This document shows positions 61,791 to 64,000 of a stretch of DNA of 64,000 nt, piece by piece. The notes beneath the pieces are model-generated. The model ran no database searches, had not been told where the DNA came from, and was given only the letters and a program-made list of their open reading frames with translations. The stretch spans positions 14,438,373-14,502,372 of the forward strand of contig MU053881.1 of assembly GCA_013239625.1 (NCBI GenBank). The letters are read 5' to 3'. Each line of letters starts with the position of its first letter. Position 1 is the first letter of the stretch. This DNA is from Lama guanicoe. Its lineage: Eukaryota. The position numbers and the translations under genes were made by a program.

Positions 61791-63419
61791 CCAGAGCTGG
61801 CCCACAACACCACTCTAGGGACCTGCTGCCTGGGAACAGGCCCACAGCCCCACCTGGCAAACAGCAGGAGGCACTGGATGTGGAACAACCTCTCAGGCAC
61901 CAGGAGGAGCTGGTTGGCCACTATAATGCAGCAGGAGTTTTTTAAGTGTGCCCAAAGGCATTACCTCATTTAGGATTAATTATGTTTGAAGGTTCAAATC
62001 AAAAGACCTGGCCAGCAAGGTGGGTCAAGTAGTGTCACGTCTAGAGATGGAATTGCAGGAGGAATGGCAAAAAGGTTCTTCAACCACAAACAAATGAAGA
62101 CCTTCTCCCCAGTCCCCCATGCTGCCTCTGCCTCCACCCTCTCTGCCCTCAGTTGCAGCTGCACCTGTCTATCTTTGAGGCCAAGCAGCCTCAAAGTCTT
62201 ACAGCCTCTATCCTTCCCCCAGAGTCCTGCCTCAACTTGCTGGGAGCCCCCTTTCAGGTACAGCCCATCCCCTGCCAGCACATTCTACCTTAGATGCTGG
62301 CCTCTGTTCCTTGGACAGATATCAAGCCTTCAGTCCTTTTATGTAAGGAATCCATGAACTGGGAATCAGGAGAACAGGAAAGCAAGGCCTCTGACAAACT
62401 CACCTGTGAAACAAGTACCTTTGTGAAGATAAAGAGAGAGAAAGTGGGTGCAGCACACTGAAGCTGCAAGGACCCTTTCCCACATACCCTGGAGGGTTCC
62501 CAGATGATTCCCAGTCACTTCCTAGGGCTACTTGCAGGTATTTAATTAGAGTAAGTTCCTTTGTCTTCTAAAAGACTAACCTACATTTTCATCAGACAAA
62601 AAGAGGTCACAAATACAGCCTAAAAAGCAAGGGGAGGGGCAAGAAGCCCGTGGTCTGACATTCCTCTTGACTAAAATGTCCTGGATCATGTTTGCTGGAA
62701 TCCACAAGTATGCAAGATCTGTCCCCAGCTGGTACTTTTGTTTCTAATAACACCATAACACCATTTCACTATTTCCACCTCACTGCCACCACTTCAGGTC
62801 CCTTGTCTTTTTTTTTTTTAACTCAACCGTCTTAACATGTTACCTTCCTAATTCAAGGCAAAGATACAGCTTTGCATAGTTAGCACCTGAAACAAGTTTC
62901 ATTACCTGAAAGAATAGCAATCTGAGGCCAGATTATCTAACTCACCTCCTAAAACAGTTCAGATAACTCAAGAGCATCCATTCTAACAAACAACCACACT
63001 TAGCAGGCAGCACAATTCTGTAAGCCTCCAACTATGACACTGCCAACTCGTTCTTCTGGTTCTGCCACACTTCCCGACCTGACACTTGTTACAAGCAAAT
63101 CCCAACGATGCTCTATTACCCCAGGACAACTGCTCATAAAGACCTCACCTACTCACCTATTTCATAATCTTCCTAGTTTTCTACAACGAGCATAAATTAA
63201 CTCAATTATCAGGGGGAAAAAAATAAGCCTAAGGAAAATAGCCTTGTCCGTTCCATTTGATGGCACAGAAACATCCCAAGTCCAAACAGGTAGTTCTCCA
63301 GACAATCATTTGAGTTGCCCACGCTTTCAGAGATTAGCACACCAACAGTCCTTAAATGGATTCAGGGAAACTGACACATTCAAGACCTTGCAGGTCATTC
63401 TTGATTTTCTCCCGAGAAC

Positions 63420-63940
63420 AAAACACCAGAAAAAATGCCAACATTTCAGAAAGGCTTCGCTACTTCCCCACTCACGTCCTTCAGGTGCATCTTTCAGTCC
63501 TCTGCTATCTAAGGTCTATGAGGTCCTAGTTATGAGCCCCAACACTTCCTCACGGCACCAGTCCCTGCTTTATCCTCTTCAATGGGGTCCCACTACTCTC
63601 AAGGTAAATTCCAGACCCCCTCAGCCCTGGGGACTGACTGCCTGTTTGTCTCTCTCTGCTTCAAATACACTGATCTTCCTTCAGTCCCAAGCACTCTCCC
63701 TGCCGGAAACGCTCTCCCTTTTCTCTTTAACCTATTTAGTTCCTACACGTCCTCTGATCCCAGTTGAAGGCCCCCCTCAAGTCTTGCTCACCAGGTCACA
63801 GTGTCCTCTCTCCTTGGCCTTTGTAAGTTTCCCCAAGTTTATGAGATTAGTTATGACTTCTCTCCCACTAATCTCACAGCAAACTCCACTGAGCACCGGA
63901 GGCACAGTACGCACACTTATATTTATTGAATAAATCAATC
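63420..63940 (+). mobile_element. L2 3' region
   Basis: Pyrimidine-rich L2-like body ending ggcacagtacgcacacttatatttattgaataaat. Confidence 0.6.
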
Positions 63941-64000
63941 CAGAAATCACAACTTGCAACACCAGAAATTCACAAAATAAATGATGCAAAACAAGTGAGA

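Noticed and set aside
63244..63933. Longest ORF (229 aa, + strand)
   Set aside because: Non-ATG start, Ser/Leu/Pro-rich with no recognisable domain, overlaps an L2 relic, and is antisense within an intron.

Overview
Eukaryotic (mammalian) genomic DNA, almost certainly camelid: it carries tRNA-Ala-derived Vic-1-type SINEs and cetartiodactyl-type L1 ends. The whole window lies inside GATAD2A (p66-alpha, NuRD subunit) on the minus strand. Three canonical coding exons are visible: 22927-22665, 1055-923 and 799-668. They encode [19 protein letters not shown]... through the CR1 coiled coil. The promoter/first exon lies beyond base 64000 and later exons lie beyond base 1. The rest is intron filled with old and lineage-specific transposon relics (L1, L2, MIR, MLT1, Charlie, MER58, MER3, Tigger, SINEs). 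Nearly all listed ORFs are spurious. I see no novel multi-gene system. The most interesting observations concern how the p66-alpha N-terminus could be varied. (1) A well-formed 89-nt exon in intron 1 has a strong-Kozak ATG in frame with the main ORF but blocked by a TAG. (2) An intron-2 element could act as a poison exon or as an alternative in-frame start. (3) A ~300-nt L1 5'-UTR appears to have been retrotransposed on its own, with poly(A) and a TSD. (4) The probable ortholog of the human MIR640 locus is present with a diverged seed. (5) There are several candidate enhancer and CTCF sites. Repeat family names and comparisons with human come from recall and need RepeatMasker/BLAST confirmation. 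Repeat boundaries are approximate.
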